NCBI GenBank assembly: GCA_963758495.1
Contig: CAVWVI010000003.1
Coordinates: 928,001-992,000 of the forward strand
From: Oligoflexia bacterium
GTDB lineage: Bacteria > Bdellovibrionota > UBA1018
DNA length: 64,000 bases
Reading direction: 5' to 3'
Notes under the pieces: model-generated
Databases searched by the model: none
Told to the model about the DNA's origin: nothing
The model's input: only the letters and a program-made list of their open reading frames with translations
Translations under genes and position numbers: made by a program
In this document: piece by piece, positions 1 through 10,268 of the stretch
Layout: every line of letters starts with the position of its first letter
How positions within the stretch are numbered: the stretch's first letter is position 1

Positions 1-411
1 CTGTTCAGTCAAAAGACTCAGTTCTTTTTGAATTTTTTCAGCTTCCAGATTCGACTTGACTGCTTGTTCTTCGAGTGAAGCATTCAGTTTCTTTAGCTGT
101 TCAATTTCTTTGTTAGCAGCCTGAAATTCTTGAGAATTATGAACTCCATCTAGCTTATCGTTTGATCTTCCTAAACGATCTTTATTCAAATCTAAAGCTG
201 CTTGAGTCTGGCGATTCACTTTTTCAATTTCGGCTAGAAGACCCTTTTTTACCTCAAGGGTGGCCTGTAGCTTGGTAATTGAATCATCCAAAGACTTAAG
301 GTTAGCTGGAAGAGAATTTTGATTCTTTTTTAAAGAATCAATTTTTAAATCCAATTCTTGTAATAGTTCTAAATTTTTAAGCTGTTCGGATAACGGGAGC
401 GGCTGGGTCAC
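1..411 (-). CDS. C4-type zinc-ribbon domain coiled-coil protein (COG1579/CT398-like), 3'-partial
   Basis: Hand translation from a GTG at 411 overlapping the Nif3 stop: MTQPLPLSEQLKNLELLQELDLKIDSL...EFQAANKEIEQL. The frame is open to the window edge; this family typically follows Nif3. Confidence 0.75.
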   Translation of the reverse strand, partial: MTQPLPLSEQLKNLELLQELDLKIDSLKKNQNSLPANLKSLDDSITKLQATLEVKKGLLAEIEKVNRQTQAALDLNKDRLGRSNDKLDGVHNSQEFQAANKEIEQLKKLNASLEEQAVKSNLEAEKIQKELSLLTEQ

Positions 412-1568
412 TTGATACCTCCTGACCAAATCTTCTGTGTCGGTGTCTGAGTTTCGATAAACCCTAAGCCTAGGCAAGAAAGCCAGTTTTTTATAGTCTC
501 TACAAAAAACTTTTCACTTTCACGATGCCCAAGCTCCATCACTGTCATTCCTCGGCGTAATCCACCGAGAGCTGCATGGTAACCTACTTCACCTGTAATA
601 AACAGGTCGCATTTCTTGGCAACAGCAGCTTCAACAAACGATGCCCCCTTCCCAGCTACAAAGCCGACTCTTGATACATGAGAAGGAGTGGGGTTTGTTA
701 TCCAAAACCCGTGTATATTGAAAAGACTTTTAACATCTTTAACGACATCTGAAAAGGCCCTCGGAGAAGGAAATTCACCCCAAAATCCATACCCTAACCC
801 ACGAATTAAACCTTCACCCGCCGGGGATTGCTCTAAAGGGTAGAAATCGTAGGCAACTTCCTCATAAGGGTGCGCTGCAAGCAGAGCATTCAAAACCACT
901 TCCCGCATTCCTCGTGGTAAAATCGTCTCTAGCCGCAGTTCTTGAACTTTCTCTAATTGACCTGGGCTTCCAATAAAGGGATTTGAGTTGACCCCTCCCC
1001 GAAAGGTACCTTCACCTTGAAGACCATACGTGCAAGAATCATATTTTCCAATAAAGCCTGCTCCTGCTTCACAGAGCGCATTCCTCACTTTTTCTACATG
1101 TTCTAACGGCACAAAAGTAACAAGTTTAAGTAAGGAGCCAAAAGACTTTTCCAGAAATCTTCCTTTGGGTTGAATCTGCAATCCCTGGGTGATCGTCTCA
1201 ACAACCTCCAAAGAACATTGATCAAAATTAGTATGGTAAGCCGCTACCGCAATTCCCTTTTGAATCGCCTCAAAAACTGGGGAACCGGAAACAATACGCG
1301 ATAACCCTCGATTCTTTGGAAAAATACAAGGGTGATGAATAATAATAAGACGATAACCTTTTTGAACTGCTAACTCAATTGCTTCGAAAGTTAAGTCTAT
1401 TGAAAGAACCGCGCCCGGAGTTTCAACCGATGAATCTCCGACAAGAAGTCCAACATTATCCCATTCCTCAGCAGCTCCTAAGGGGGCACGCTCATTCAGC
1501 GCACGGAGAACTTCTGCAATCGGCTTACATTTTTTAGAAGTCATTTCACTCGTGGTTAGTGATCCCAT
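408..1568 (-). CDS. Nif3-like dinuclear metal centre protein (YbgI/YqfO type with PII-like insert)
   Basis: Motifs WDNVGLLVG, HHP, HTNFD, HPYEEVAYD, ITGE, GH.SE. Confidence 0.9.
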   Translation of the reverse strand: MGSLTTSEMTSKKCKPIAEVLRALNERAPLGAAEEWDNVGLLVGDSSVETPGAVLSIDLTFEAIELAVQKGYRLIIIHHPCIFPKNRGLSRIVSGSPVFEAIQKGIAVAAYHTNFDQCSLEVVETITQGLQIQPKGRFLEKSFGSLLKLVTFVPLEHVEKVRNALCEAGAGFIGKYDSCTYGLQGEGTFRGGVNSNPFIGSPGQLEKVQELRLETILPRGMREVVLNALLAAHPYEEVAYDFYPLEQSPAGEGLIRGLGYGFWGEFPSPRAFSDVVKDVKSLFNIHGFWITNPTPSHVSRVGFVAGKGASFVEAAVAKKCDLFITGEVGYHAALGGLRRGMTVMELGHRESEKFFVETIKNWLSCLGLGFIETQTPTQKIWSGGIK

Positions 1569-1651
1569 GAATTTAAGTCAAGCATTTTCTCAGATGGACA
1601 CCCAATTCAGAATTGCATGAAATAGGATTTGTGTTGAAATAAGTGAATACT

Positions 1652-2572
1652 ATGCAACTCTCTTCTATTCTGCAGTCTTTCATCATCCTCTGTCTTTTTA
1701 CTTTCAATTTTTCCTCCTGTGGATCTCCTTCAAAATCCCCAACTGACTCCCTAGAGCCTGAATGGATTCACCATACTGCGAGATCCGTCGACGGAGGCTA
1801 TATTGTTTATATCGGCATTGGAGAAGACCGAACCGTTGAGCGAGCTCTTTTTAAAGCTGAGTCTGCGGCAATTCAAGATATTGCCAATGAATGTTCCTTC
1901 GTACCCAAAGGAACTCGCATTGAAGATCGCTTTGACACTACAAGAGGGGTTCTTCATCGTTTTTTCGTAAAAATAGGTCTTAATTTTGATGATTGTGAAG
2001 CTGCAAAAGCGGCAGTCAATCCAGATGAAATTCGAAAACTGGCAAACATTCAGTTTTCAGAACAGCTCAAGCGATATCAAGATCTGATTGATAATGAATC
2101 CGGAGAAGAGCTCGCTCAAAATAAAGATGGAGGTGATCAAAATGGCACACCCTATATCCAACCCATCTATTCAGCTAATAATTCAGCTATTTATACTCCA
2201 ACCGAGCTTTTCGTAGCCCGACAACAAGTCGTCTATACAAAGGAAGTCGTCATTCTTTCTCCCCCAAATGCCTTTCCGCCCCACTCACCTCAAACTGCCC
2301 AGTTTGTAGCCTCCTTAAGTCCTAACGTTCAATCTCTTCGTAATTACGAACATCAGAATCCACAAATCAGGAATTGGACGACAACGTGGTCGACTCTTAA
2401 AAATCGACCCTATGTCCCACGCCCTCAATCCCTGAGATCCTCGCCTTCTATGAGGTTCCAACAACACGGCTCATCACCCAATTCAATGCGGAATCAATCA
2501 AGACTTCAAAATAATAGAGGCAATCCCGAAAGGAGGCCTCGCAAAGGGAGAGGAAGACGATTTAGGGATTAA
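1652..2572 (+). CDS. Hypothetical lipoprotein (LPP20-like N-terminal domain, basic disordered C-tail)
   Basis: Hydrophobic signal with lipobox FSSC, PEWI motif, R/N/S-rich tail; ATG at 1652 preferred over GTG at 1643. Confidence 0.55.
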   Translation: MQLSSILQSFIILCLFTFNFSSCGSPSKSPTDSLEPEWIHHTARSVDGGYIVYIGIGEDRTVERALFKAESAAIQDIANECSFVPKGTRIEDRFDTTRGVLHRFFVKIGLNFDDCEAAKAAVNPDEIRKLANIQFSEQLKRYQDLIDNESGEELAQNKDGGDQNGTPYIQPIYSANNSAIYTPTELFVARQQVVYTKEVVILSPPNAFPPHSPQTAQFVASLSPNVQSLRNYEHQNPQIRNWTTTWSTLKNRPYVPRPQSLRSSPSMRFQQHGSSPNSMRNQSRLQNNRGNPERRPRKGRGRRFRD

Positions 2573-2579
2573 TCATGAA

Positions 2580-2656
2580 TGGTAGGCCCAGAGGGACTTG
2601 AACCCCCGACCAATCCGTTATGAGCGGACTGCTCTAACCAGCTGAGCTATGGGCCT
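2580..2656 (-). tRNA. tRNA-Ile2 (anticodon CAU, lysidine-modified)
   Basis: Reverse complement AGGCCCATAGCTCAGCTGGTTAGAGCAGTCCGCTCATAACGGATTGGTCGGGGGTTCAAGTCCCTCTGGGCCTACCA forms a cloverleaf with CAT anticodon and encoded CCA. C4-G69/C5-G68 pairs and the position after rpoD favour Ile2 over Met. Confidence 0.9.
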
Positions 2657-2762
2657 CCAAAGCTAGATGTGGGTTACCGTAACATGACAAAGGCCAGAGC
2701 TGAAGATCGATTTAAGGAATGACCCAAAATTTTTTGCAGCTCGTGTGATTCTACGTAAGCGC

Positions 2763-2785
2763 TTCCTTTAGGGCTGTTGACAAGC
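2763..2785 (-). repeat. Dispersed repeat family, short copy immediately after the rpoD stop
   Basis: TTCCTTTAGGGCTGTTGACAAGC, identical 23-mer also at 11044-11066. Confidence 0.8.
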
Positions 2786-2787
2786 GA

Positions 2788-4629
2788 TTAAGAATCAATA
2801 AACGCCTTCAAAAGCTTCGCCCTCGAAGGATGCCTCAGCTTTCGGAGCGCCTTAGCTTCAATCTGACGAATACGTTCACGAGTCACAAAAAAGTCTTGTC
2901 CAACTTCTTCGAGCGTATGGTCTGACTTCTCACCAATCCCAAAACGCATTCGAAGTACTTTTTCTTCTCGGGGAGTGAGAGTAGCCAAAACTTTTCGAGT
3001 CTGCTCAGATAAATTGATATTCATCACCGCATCGGCAGGATTAATAATCTTCTTATCTTCAATGAAGTCACCTAAATAAGAATCCTCTTCTTCTCCAATA
3101 GGAGTTTCTAAAGAGATTGGTTCTTTTGCAATTTTAAGGACTTTACGAACTTTATCTACAGGAAGTTCCATTTTAACTGCAACTTCTTCTGGAGTAGGCT
3201 CCCTGCCTAATTGCTGAACTAATAGCCGAGAGGTCCGAATCAGCTTATTGATTGTTTCAATCATATGCACTGGAATTCGGATTGTTCTAGCCTGGTCTGC
3301 AATCGCGCGAGTAATTGCCTGACGAATCCACCAAGTCGCGTAAGTCGAAAACTTATAGCCACGGCGATATTCAAACTTATCAACCGCCTTCATTAAGCCA
3401 ATATTTCCTTCTTGGATTAAGTCTAAAAATTGAAGTCCACGATTTGTATATTTTTTTGCAATTGAAACTACCAAACGAAGATTAGCCTCTACAAGTTCAC
3501 TCTTCGCTTGATCGGCCTTTCGCTCACCAATCGTTAAAGTATCATGAATTCTATGAAGTTCATCAACCGCTATTCCGGCTTCTTCTTCGAGTTTACAGAT
3601 CCTTTTTTCCAGATCCTCTTCGGTCTGAATGAGCTGAGCAAGCTTAGGCTCACTTACATCGAACTCTTTACATAAAGCTGTGTGAACATCTGACTTCTTA
3701 TATTCACGACTGATTTCCTTCATCTGCTTGGTATCTTTAATGCCCAAGAAGTCGAAGACTTTCTTCCGGTCGTCTAGCATTTCTTTGCCACGACCCCAAT
3801 AGCCCTTAATTTTTCCAGAGAGCTGATTAATCGTTTTTCGATTAAATGCAATATCATGAAAAGCAGCTTCAACTAAACGTTCACGTTTTTTAATTTCCTG
3901 TTGGATTTGCTCTTTAGATTTAGCGCTCACCTTTTTTGCATCAGGTCCTTGAGGTGGCTTTTCGTCCATTTTTTCCTGATAAGTCACTAAAGCTTTAACC
4001 TTAGCAATCGCACCCAGAACTTTATCTAAATATTTCTTTTCATCATCAGGTGAGACCTCTTCATCCACACCCCGAATGACATCCTTTACTTTGGTGCGAG
4101 CCAATTCAAGACGCTCTCCTAAATCAACAATGGCGAGTGTCCCTAATTTGGAAGCTAAAAGTGCACGAAGTATTTCAACTTCACCTTCTTCGATTCGTTT
4201 AGCAATTTCAACTTCGCCTTCTCGCGTAAGCAAGGAAACGCTACCCATCTTTTTTAGGTAGAGCTTAACTGGATCAGCGCCCCGAGCGATATCTGCCGCT
4301 ACAGGAGCTTCTTCGCCGCCCTCTTCGCTTGTCGGCACAGGCCCTGCACCTAGAGCAGCCTCTTCACTCTCTTCCTCGTCATCCGAGTCCTTAGGCCGCT
4401 TTGTGGAATCATAAACTTCAATTTCATTCTCAGAGAGAAGATTCATGATCTCATCAATGGCTTCCGGAGTGATAATTTCCGGAGGCATGAGCTCATTCAC
4501 TTCTTCATATGTGAGGTAGCCACGCTGGACCCCCATATCAAGAAGTTTTTTGATATCTTTATTTTTAGTTAAAGTATTTACACTCTCAGATTTATGAGAG
4601 GACAAAGTAGCGTCCTTATTCTTCGTCAT
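2788..4629 (-). CDS. rpoD: RNA polymerase primary sigma factor RpoD (sigma-70)
   Basis: [75 protein letters not shown]. Confidence 0.98.
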   Translation of the reverse strand: MTKNKDATLSSHKSESVNTLTKNKDIKKLLDMGVQRGYLTYEEVNELMPPEIITPEAIDEIMNLLSENEIEVYDSTKRPKDSDDEEESEEAALGAGPVPTSEEGGEEAPVAADIARGADPVKLYLKKMGSVSLLTREGEVEIAKRIEEGEVEILRALLASKLGTLAIVDLGERLELARTKVKDVIRGVDEEVSPDDEKKYLDKVLGAIAKVKALVTYQEKMDEKPPQGPDAKKVSAKSKEQIQQEIKKRERLVEAAFHDIAFNRKTINQLSGKIKGYWGRGKEMLDDRKKVFDFLGIKDTKQMKEISREYKKSDVHTALCKEFDVSEPKLAQLIQTEEDLEKRICKLEEEAGIAVDELHRIHDTLTIGERKADQAKSELVEANLRLVVSIAKKYTNRGLQFLDLIQEGNIGLMKAVDKFEYRRGYKFSTYATWWIRQAITRAIADQARTIRIPVHMIETINKLIRTSRLLVQQLGREPTPEEVAVKMELPVDKVRKVLKIAKEPISLETPIGEEEDSYLGDFIEDKKIINPADAVMNINLSEQTRKVLATLTPREEKVLRMRFGIGEKSDHTLEEVGQDFFVTRERIRQIEAKALRKLRHPSRAKLLKAFIDS

Positions 4630-6529
4630 AGAAGTTGCTAAATTCCTTCATTTTGCGCTGAACGTCAAGATATTCTTTCATTAATTGAGCTTGTAATGCT
4701 GTATCTTGCTTGACTTCTGCTTGGGTTATTGCTTTTTTGATCTGCTGCGAAAATCGTGCCCACTTCTTGGATGCACTCCTAGAGAGGGCCCTTTTAAAAT
4801 CCTCTTCCTTCACTGGGGGATCTGATGACAAAAGCGCCCCCGTAATCACTGAACGAACCTGTATGTCCAAATCTCCGTTTAAAACGGACTCTGGAATAGA
4901 CCTGAACTGCTCTAATAAACCGGACTGAGTAAAAAGAGACAACATGAATTCTCGACCAGGAGGATATTCAATTAAGTCACAGAGTGTCAATCCTGGAGGT
5001 AAATTTCTTTTAACTTCTGTAAAAAGCTGTGAAAACTCCCCTCCTAAAGCAAGCCCTGTGAGCAAAATCCAATCTCCTCGGGACATCTTTGCTTGAGACT
5101 GAGGTACCATTTCAGGGGTCTGAGAATGAACTGTCCCTGATGTAGGTTTTCCCTTTAAAGAACTTACCCCCTCTCGGCCCATTGCCTGAAAAATGAGTTG
5201 CCGTGTTATTCCCAGTTGCTTTTGGACAAGCTCTAATCTTACTTCAAAACCCACAGGATCTGTAAAACGCGCTAACCATCCCCCCATTTTCTTGAGAGCT
5301 TGAGTGCGATCTTCTGGGCTCTGACGAGCTAAGGCAATCATTTCATTCATTTTTTTATCTAAAATGGGCTTAGACTCACTCAAAATCCGCGTTAGGCGCT
5401 CTTTTCCATCAAGACTCACTCCTCCCGTCTCAGGGTCTATGACCATCTCATCTGGATCTAAACCCTCTGGCATCGTGGCTCCATACAGAACTAAACCTCG
5501 CTCTAAACCCATTTCCATAGCGCGCTCAGTAGCCAATATACCAGCCTGATCGCCATCAAATAAGACCGTTACCCGATTCGCAAACCGTTTAAAAAGAGTC
5601 AAATGATCTGAAGTCAAGGAGGTCCCGCAAGTTGCTACAACATTCTGAAAACCTGCCGCATGCATTGCTAAGACATCAAAATAACCTTCCACTAAAATGA
5701 CCTCATCCTGCTCTCGAATATACCTTTGTGCCTGATATAAACCAAAAGCAAGCTTACCCTTTTGAAAAATTAAGGATTCAGTAGAGTTGAGATATTTTGG
5801 GCTTTCATCTCCCAACGCGCGACCTCCAAAACCGGCCACTTTTCCACGCATATTCAATATGGGAAACAAAATCCTGTTCCTAAAAAGATCAAAATGACCT
5901 CCCCCTCCCTGAACCATCCCACTCTTGGTTGAAACTCGGATTAATCCTAACTCTACAGCAAGATCTAACGGAGCCTTTTTTGCAACCAAATGTGTAGACA
6001 GAGAATCCCATGAATCTAAGACAGCGCCTAGATAAAAATTCTTTGCAATATCTTCATTTACACCACGTGCAAGGCAATATTCTATCCCTCGACTATATCC
6101 TCCGAGAGTTTGATGAAAAAATGAAGCTGCAAAACGATTTAACTTAAATGCAAGAGCTAGTTTATCGCGTTGAGCTGAGCGCTTTTCATCTTGTTCTGGA
6201 CCGTCAGAAGGGGTCCAATCCTTAGGAAGCTGAACTCTTGCGCGTTCAGATAATTCTTCGATAGCTTCTGGAAAGCTGATGCCCAGAATTTCCATAACGA
6301 AGGTAACAAGATCGCCGCCTTTTTTGCAGCCATAACAATGAAAAAGCTGTTTTACCTCACTTACACTAAAAGAAGGGGTCCGCTCTGAGTGAAAAGGGCA
6401 GAGACCACTGTAGTTCGCGCCGGATTTGCGAAGAACGACGTGCTCTCCCACTACCTCGATCATATTCACTGAGTCTTTAATTTTTTGTAAAAGCTCAGGT
6501 GAAATTTTTCCTTTTCTCATATTGCTCAT
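4616..6529 (-). CDS. dnaG: DNA primase
   Basis: CPFH..C..C zinc finger, FGGR, KYLNS, VEGYFDV, FDGDQAG TOPRIM motifs; upstream of rpoD. Confidence 0.97.
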   Translation of the reverse strand: MSNMRKGKISPELLQKIKDSVNMIEVVGEHVVLRKSGANYSGLCPFHSERTPSFSVSEVKQLFHCYGCKKGGDLVTFVMEILGISFPEAIEELSERARVQLPKDWTPSDGPEQDEKRSAQRDKLALAFKLNRFAASFFHQTLGGYSRGIEYCLARGVNEDIAKNFYLGAVLDSWDSLSTHLVAKKAPLDLAVELGLIRVSTKSGMVQGGGGHFDLFRNRILFPILNMRGKVAGFGGRALGDESPKYLNSTESLIFQKGKLAFGLYQAQRYIREQDEVILVEGYFDVLAMHAAGFQNVVATCGTSLTSDHLTLFKRFANRVTVLFDGDQAGILATERAMEMGLERGLVLYGATMPEGLDPDEMVIDPETGGVSLDGKERLTRILSESKPILDKKMNEMIALARQSPEDRTQALKKMGGWLARFTDPVGFEVRLELVQKQLGITRQLIFQAMGREGVSSLKGKPTSGTVHSQTPEMVPQSQAKMSRGDWILLTGLALGGEFSQLFTEVKRNLPPGLTLCDLIEYPPGREFMLSLFTQSGLLEQFRSIPESVLNGDLDIQVRSVITGALLSSDPPVKEEDFKRALSRSASKKWARFSQQIKKAITQAEVKQDTALQAQLMKEYLDVQRKMKEFSNFYDEE

Positions 6530-6537
6530 TTAAAGTT

Positions 6538-7218
6538 TCACCGATTTTCCTGACGCACACGACTTACAAATAAATTACCGTTTAAGAAAAACCTCCACTG
6601 CTTTTCGATACCTACCCGAATCCCGATTCTGGATGATTGCGAAATCAAACCTACTTTAAACCCATCATCACAAATATATATCAAGGGACCTTGCAGGCCA
6701 GTACCATTATAGGACATTTTAATTCCCATTGCTTGACACAGGCGACCCGGACCACTCGCAAGTTCTTTCTGAGATGAGCGCTTTCTTCGAGCTACCATCA
6801 AAGCCTCACCCCCCAAAGGTTCAACCGCACGAATCAATACAGCCCCTGGGTAACCATTCGGTTCTGTTACACAATTTAGCATCTCATACATTCCATAAAT
6901 AAAGTAAACATAGGCCACACCTGGGCTACCAAACATAATGGAAGATCGAGGCGTTTCCCCTCGACATGAATGAGAAGCAGGATCATCTCCCCGATAAGCT
7001 TCTGTTTCGACGATTCTCCCCAAAGTTAAACCCGCCTGTGGATGCTCCAAGGGGTAACCCGAATCACTCTTTACAATTAAAATTTTACCTAAAAGGTCTT
7101 GAGCAACTTGAACCGTATTTTGATTATAAAAATCAATAGGTAATGGGTTTGAAGCAAGTACTTTAACCGCTTCCAACTCTTTCCCGCACAAGTTGATTAA
7201 CCCACTTGCCATCCGCAC
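6538..7218 (-). CDS. mpg: 3-methyladenine DNA glycosylase (MPG/AAG family); start uncertain
   Basis: GRIVETEAY, AYVYFIYGMY, AVLIRAVEP, GPGRLCQAMGI, RIGI motifs. Confidence 0.92.
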   Translation of the reverse strand: MRMASGLINLCGKELEAVKVLASNPLPIDFYNQNTVQVAQDLLGKILIVKSDSGYPLEHPQAGLTLGRIVETEAYRGDDPASHSCRGETPRSSIMFGSPGVAYVYFIYGMYEMLNCVTEPNGYPGAVLIRAVEPLGGEALMVARRKRSSQKELASGPGRLCQAMGIKMSYNGTGLQGPLIYICDDGFKVGLISQSSRIGIRVGIEKQWRFFLNGNLFVSRVRQENR

Positions 7219-7615
7219 GTCCTTGAATCTTTGGAACCAATAATTTCATCACCTGACCGATATCTTTTGGCCCAGCTGCTTTTGATTCGGCGATAGCCCA
7301 ATCCACTAAACGTCGGACCTCAGCTTCATCCATTTGAGCTGGCATAAAACTTTGCAAAAACTTGAGCTCTAATTGCTCTTTAGCGACTAAGTCTTCTCTT
7401 TTGCCGGCTTTAAATTGCTCAATAGAATCCTGACGTTGCTTGATTAACGAAGAAATAATTTTAATGACATCATCATCATTCAGATCAATACGATCATCAA
7501 TTTCTTTTTTTCGAATTGCTGCATGAAGATTACGGGCAAAAGAAAGCGTCTCTTTATCGCCGGACTTCATCGCATTTTTAATTTGTTCAGAAAGGCTCTG
7601 TTTAATTGTGGTCAT
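7163..7615 (-). CDS. GatB/YqeY domain protein
   Basis: KNAMKSGDK, KQRQDSIEQFKAGKREDL, GRADGK; follows rpsU; ATG at 7615 has an AAGGA SD. Confidence 0.92.
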   Translation of the reverse strand: MTTIKQSLSEQIKNAMKSGDKETLSFARNLHAAIRKKEIDDRIDLNDDDVIKIISSLIKQRQDSIEQFKAGKREDLVAKEQLELKFLQSFMPAQMDEAEVRRLVDWAIAESKAAGPKDIGQVMKLLVPKIQGRADGKWVNQLVRERVGSG

Positions 7616-7765
7616 GAAAGAAATCCTTCTGGGCTTTTGCAACGGAAGCTTTGCGAAATCCGCCCTCTTTGAATAGGAGGTTGAGCAAACTTATTAAAAT
7701 ATCTTCTTCCTTACCGACTCAGAATCTCCACGTTTACGTGGGAATTGATTCATCTAAATAAAAGG

Positions 7766-7831
7766 ACTCGGCAATCAGCTAACAATTTGAAATTTAAAGC
7801 TTAAACTTCCATTTTTCAACGATTACCGAGT
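7766..7831 (-). terminator. Long stem-loop followed by a U-rich tract downstream of rpsU (terminator/attenuator or RNase III site)
   Basis: Minus strand ACTCGGTAATC...GATTGCCGAGT with inner stems needing G-U pairs, followed by CCTTTTATTT. Confidence 0.55.
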
Positions 7832-7851
7832 ACTAAAATACATCTAACGCT

Positions 7852-8058
7852 TTATCGCTCGGTAGGCTTCATAGGTCGGCCTTTTTTCACCAAACGCTTT
7901 CGCGCTGCTGCAGCCTTCTTTTTACGTTTTACTGAAGGCTTTTCATAAGCTTCACGTTTCCGTACTTCCGAAAGGATGCCAGCTTTTTCGCATTGCTTCT
8001 TAAATTTCTTAAGGGCGGCCTCAAAAGAGTCGCCATCACGAATTACTATACCAGGCAT
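7852..8058 (-). CDS. rpsU: 30S ribosomal protein S21
   Basis: [35 protein letters not shown]; strong SD AGGAGGT. Confidence 0.97.
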   Translation of the reverse strand: MPGIVIRDGDSFEAALKKFKKQCEKAGILSEVRKREAYEKPSVKRKKKAAAARKRLVKKGRPMKPTER

Positions 8059-8096
8059 AAAATTTCACCTCCTCTCGAATGTAGTCTCGATATAAA

Positions 8097-8202
8097 CAGT
8101 TCCTTTAGCGCTATTGATAAGCACTGTAAGGAGTGTCCTGTGTGCTGCGCCGTAAAGATTTGGATCCCCGGCGCAACAGGGCATTCCTTACAGTGCTTAT
8201 CA
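8097..8202 (-). repeat. Dispersed palindromic repeat, long copy 1 (88-bp hairpin at 8115-8202 plus tail)
   Basis: Perfect 18-bp arms TGATAAGCACTGTAAGGA/TCCTTACAGTGCTTATCA, inner TGCGCCG/CGGCGCA, loop TAAAGATTTGGATCCC; homologous to 17428-17520. Confidence 0.85.
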
Positions 8203-8263
8203 CTCGACAAACCCTTATAAGGGGTCGCCTCAGAAAAAGCTAGCCTTTAGCACGCACGGGCTT

Positions 8264-9142
8264 TTAACACCGCCGTTTAGCTTCTCCCCATAACGCAACC
8301 ACCATCCCCCCCCCTCCTGCACCTGTCATTTTCACGGCTAAAGCACCTTGAGCTAATAATTGTTCTTCTAATGCTTTTGCCTCTTCGGGGACCAGGCGCC
8401 AAGCATAAAAGCATTCACGAGCTAACAACATCCCTTTTTGAATCAACTCAAGGCCTTTTCCAATCTCTCCTAAATGATAGCTCATCAACCCTTCTATCGC
8501 TGTTCGCGAAGCTGCGTTCATGACCTCGTCCACTTGAAGAGCCCTTTCAGGCATTTCATTCCGAAAATTTTCCACATTCAATACGCACTCATGGGTCCGT
8601 GATCTTAAACCGGTATCATGAAAAGTAAACTTGGGGAGCTTCTTCGCACCCATCAAACAAACTTCCTTGCCCATCCTGAATGAAATCGGCTCGTTTGCAG
8701 CAATTACTGCGACGTCCATTCCACTACTTCTTCCATGAAACCGATGCTCCAACTGAGTCGCAAACTCAGTGCATTGATTTTCAGCAATGACCAGCGAACC
8801 TGCCAACCACCGAGCCAACGCGACACAAAGTGCAGCAGAAGACCCTAAACCAGCACCAATCGGAATCGTGCTATCAATCACAAGCTTTCCATGGGGCAAC
8901 TGAAAAGGGCTCTTAATTGAAGTCCATAATTCAATAGCAGAAATCAGCAATTCTTGAATCAAGGGTTCTGCAGACGAAGGCTCCACCTTTAAACTTCCAT
9001 ATTCAGAGTTCGGCTCAAACGTAAGAGTCAAACTCACATCTGTATAAGGAAGTGCAATAGCAGTCACCCCCTTGAGTACCGAATGCTCCCCCGTTAATAC
9101 CCATTTTCCCGGCACCTGAATTTTAAAGTTTGACCAGAGCAT
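8264..9142 (-). CDS. mvk: Mevalonate kinase (GHMP)
   Basis: PGKWVLTGEHSV, PIGAGLGSSAA, EHRFHGRSSGMD, KMTGAGGGG. Confidence 0.85.
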   Translation of the reverse strand: MLWSNFKIQVPGKWVLTGEHSVLKGVTAIALPYTDVSLTLTFEPNSEYGSLKVEPSSAEPLIQELLISAIELWTSIKSPFQLPHGKLVIDSTIPIGAGLGSSAALCVALARWLAGSLVIAENQCTEFATQLEHRFHGRSSGMDVAVIAANEPISFRMGKEVCLMGAKKLPKFTFHDTGLRSRTHECVLNVENFRNEMPERALQVDEVMNAASRTAIEGLMSYHLGEIGKGLELIQKGMLLARECFYAWRLVPEEAKALEEQLLAQGALAVKMTGAGGGGMVVALWGEAKRRC

Positions 9143-10268
9143 CTACTCCCCCCGAAATCCCAAACAAAATACTGGCTCCTTCTCCCTCCTCATCCTCTAG
9201 AATCACAGTATCCAGAAAATGCTCTCGGAGACGATTGCGCCAGAATTCTCGTGCAGATTTTTCAACAATGATATGGATATTAGGGCCCGCATCGAGGGTC
9301 ACAATAGGAGGAGAATGCTCATAAATCATGGGGGCAAGCCACTTAAGTCCCTCTAGAGTCCCAGGTTCCCAATAAGTAAAAGGTTCAGTGCAGGTATGAA
9401 AAAGGCTGTGCATTTCCCAAGCTTCAGCCCACGCGATTCTTGCTACGGACTGAAGCTGAACGCTCCCTAAAGCTGACATCATCATTCGAATTCTACTTTC
9501 CACGCGCTCAACTCGATTTTCCCATAGGGGTGAAGCGCGTACCAAAGTGTGGGCATCAGAAGATGAAACTTTTTTTGGATCTGTTTGAATCAAAACCACA
9601 AAATGAGCCATTTTAGGAATAGGGCCTACCTTCATAACCGTAGCATCCTCATTTTCCCAATGAACCCAAGGACCTTCAAATGAACGACATGAACTACCCG
9701 AACCTTGTCGAGAAATCCGAGCAAAGGCTCGGCGAAGCACCAAGTCATTCACCCAAGCCTTTTCAAAAGCAACAAGATCACTTGCAAAAGCGGCGGCGGT
9801 TACCAATGTCATTGCTGCAAAACTTGAAGCACTCGATGCAATCCCCGACGCAGCTGGAAATGTGTTTGCGGTTCTCAACGTAAATTCTGCCCCCTGAAAT
9901 AAATCTTGGAGCACACCCAATCCAAAATGTGGAAAAATTTCAAGAACAGCCCGCTGAACCTGCTCAAAGTGTTGCACTGCACGTTGCACTCCCCGATCAT
10001 TTAAAGTGGGTACTAGAATCGGGTATTGAGAAGATAATTCTGAAGGAACGTGACGAGGGGGTTCAGGAATCCAAACCAAGGAACTCTTTCCGGCTTTTGA
10101 GGCAGCAACAGATCTTGAAACTGTCATTTCAGCTAGAGTACAAAGAGAACTCAGAGTCATCGAGATACTCGAATTCTCTGGGATATTAGAAGAGGAGTCC
10201 TTCTTCCCCATGTATTTAATTAAAGCAATATTAGAAGGTGCTCGAGCACCGATCATGAATTGTGACAC
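9123..10268 (-). CDS. mvaD: Diphosphomevalonate decarboxylase
   Basis: PSNIALIKYMGK, P.NSSISMTL, GIASSAS, SGSSCRS, TLDAGPN. Confidence 0.92.
   Translation of the reverse strand: MSQFMIGARAPSNIALIKYMGKKDSSSNIPENSSISMTLSSLCTLAEMTVSRSVAASKAGKSSLVWIPEPPRHVPSELSSQYPILVPTLNDRGVQRAVQHFEQVQRAVLEIFPHFGLGVLQDLFQGAEFTLRTANTFPAASGIASSASSFAAMTLVTAAAFASDLVAFEKAWVNDLVLRRAFARISRQGSGSSCRSFEGPWVHWENEDATVMKVGPIPKMAHFVVLIQTDPKKVSSSDAHTLVRASPLWENRVERVESRIRMMMSALGSVQLQSVARIAWAEAWEMHSLFHTCTEPFTYWEPGTLEGLKWLAPMIYEHSPPIVTLDAGPNIHIIVEKSAREFWRNRLREHFLDTVILEDEEGEGASILFGISGGVDALVKL

Noticed and set aside
2580..2656. tRNA as an integration site, or as tRNA-Met
   Set aside because: No duplicated 3' end or integrase was seen; no initiator features (C1:A72 mismatch, three G-C pairs in the anticodon stem), and the acceptor stem favours Ile2.
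7630..7700. CGCAAAGCTTCCG on the minus strand, reminiscent of a c-di-GMP-I riboswitch
   Set aside because: The GGCAAAC/GNRA P2 stem and tetraloop receptor are not recognisable; an Rfam scan would be needed.
7993..8220. 75-aa ORF, and the 63-aa ORF at 17376-17567, sharing CAVKIWIPGATG
   Set aside because: Both are antisense read-throughs of the palindromic repeat overlapping rpsU/hpf; the shared peptide reflects the DNA repeat.
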